This document shows, piece by piece, positions 62,236-64,000 of a stretch of 64,000 nucleotides of DNA. Each line of letters begins with the position of its first letter. The stretch's first letter is position 1. A program made the position numbers and the translations under genes. The notes below the pieces were generated by a model. It had not been told where the DNA came from. It was given only the letters and a program-made list of their open reading frames with translations, and did no database searches. Source of the stretch: Heterodontus francisci (Eukaryota); the NCBI RefSeq assembly GCF_036365525.1, contig NC_090399.1, positions 19,912,529 through 19,976,528 of the forward strand, given 5' to 3'.

Positions 62236-64000
62236 AAGAGAATTGAAAACAGTGTGCAATCTCAGGCGGAATAAATCCTCGCCTCTGAGACTCTTGTTCT
62301 GTTATTGAATTTTGATCGCAGCAGCTCAGTGTTAATGGGACATTGGGTGTCGTTGGAACCGAGAAGTGGATGTAGACCACCAAATTTCACCGTCTTAATG
62401 TTGCCGAACTCCAGCCTTTAGTCAATGCACCGATCGTTCAAACCCTCGTTCAGGCCTTTGACACCAGCAGAGCTAACGGGGCTAATTTCGACTTTGATGG
62501 AAGCAAATATCAGGAGAGCTTCTTGCTGAGAGGTGCAGTCCATGCCACAGATTTTATACGATGGTTTAACGTCAAAGCTACGACTGATTGTTCCTGCCCA
62601 GATTCCGATTAGCCACCCTCCCGGAACTTCAGCCCATTCTCTCTTTCTATCTCCGTGACCTGCTCCAAGCCTAACATCCCATCTTTCCTCCCTCTTTCTT
62701 CAATTATGTTCTCTTGAGCAAAGACTTCCCATTCGATCCGCTCTTGCTGTCAACCCTGGAGCCACAGACTCCTGCTCTGTGGAATTGCTGCTCTAGACCG
62801 CTCGACTTTACTGTCCCTCAACTCCTTTAGACAGTCCCTCACACCTATCTTTCTAACCAATCCTATTCTTATAATTATTCTTGGCTCAATATAGATTGTT
62901 GTTTGATTCGACCTCTCTGAGGTGCCTGGGGATGGGGTTCTGCATTAAACATGCCGCATAAGTACACGGGGGTGAAACTGGGCATTGACAATGCAGGTGG
63001 CATTGCATTGGTGGCTCGTTATACGTCCCCACTGCGATTCAGTCCATTTGACTTCAATAGCACTGAATATCGGCATCTGGCGGAAAAGACAGCAAAAGTG
63101 GTTCTGCCTGGTTTGTGTCCCCGCAGCTCGTTGCTGATGTCTCTATCGTAAGAAGCAGTTTAATTGTAGCGCAGGCTGTCTTTGATGCATTACTAAAAAG
63201 GAATAACATAAATCAGCAGGAATACAAGGTGGATCTACTATTTTCCTAAAGCAGTCCATATATCTGCAGGATAATAGTTCGTCTTAGGCATGAAAACAAA
63301 GTGGGTGGCATGGAATCGACCGCCCTTTATGCGCCCTATCCAATATTCAGTTGCACTGACTTCCATTGACTCACTCCATGGTCGACTACAAGGTCTTAAA
63401 ACCATTCTGGATGATCCATCCATACGCCCCCCAACCCACAAACACACCCCACCTATCAACCCCGCCCCCATCACCACCGCACCCAGCCTCCCCGGCCCCC
63501 AACCACCTCTCCCCACCAGCTAGAGCTGGATTTTTTCCATGCTCTTTGCCATTATGTGTCGAATCGCAGGCAGGCTGCCCAATACACTGAAAAAGCCCTG
63601 GTAAATCGGAATCAGTCTTTGAATGTTGACAGTGTCCTCGAAATCTACAACTGTGCTCTTTAAGATGTTAGCTCTTCCCACAGAAAGCTCCTTACTAACC
63701 ATCCTATCCTGCTACCCATTTTCCATTTATTGCCCTGAAACAGAAGAAAGGGACATGAATTGGAATTTAGTGCTGAGGTTAAGCAAAGACTGATGAGCGT
63801 CAGCTGAAAGCAGCTGCATTTTGCGATGCATAGTGTGTCAGGGTGAGATTGCCTTCAGAACGGGCACACTGTAAATTTGACAAGAAACCTGCAGGATTTG
63901 TCCTCCAGCCTCAACACTCGTCATTATTTGCACGACCTCTTCCTCGATTAGTGGTAAACCTTTAATGGGCGCTCTCACTCTTCGTGAAGGAGGTGATTCA

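Larger units (their letters stand above)
58140..64000. repeat. Direct (tandem) duplication of ~44700-50845, running off the window end
   Basis: Collinear from TTTTCTGTCCTAAATCTCTTTCATTTACTC to GGGCGCTCTCRCTCTTCGTGAAGGA. Offset ~13.3 kb. Confidence 0.9.

Overview
Eukaryotic genomic DNA, almost certainly from a shark or other cartilaginous fish. The assignment rests on recognising the repeat landscape (HE1-like tRNA SINEs, HER1/CR1 LINEs, DeuSINEs, Penelope remnants, a shark-type ~68-bp satellite), not on a database search. The window holds a birth-and-death cluster of two-exon class A GPCR genes of the GPR139/GPR142-like family. Three genes are complete: A (1064-1133 + 6753-7684, +), D (48819-48756 + 46451-45547, -) and E (62051-61988 + 59906-59005, -). 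One intact exon 2 (C, 20592-21490) has lost its own promoter and exon 1 in a Penelope-associated deletion. There is also one SINE-disrupted, frameshifted pseudogene (B, 14059-15273) and one highly decayed fragment (F, ~26895-27105). Every exon 1 ends GxP-G|gtaag and every exon 2 begins ag|CN-AAY-CTN (phase 1), so the exons are interchangeable in frame. The cluster was built by one ~6-kb inverted duplication and one >5.8-kb tandem duplication. Most other sequence is nested transposable elements: CR1, a young RTE LINE, Penelope with hammerhead-like motifs, a solo LTR and a Harbinger Myb relic. TE boundaries are approximate and were read by eye.
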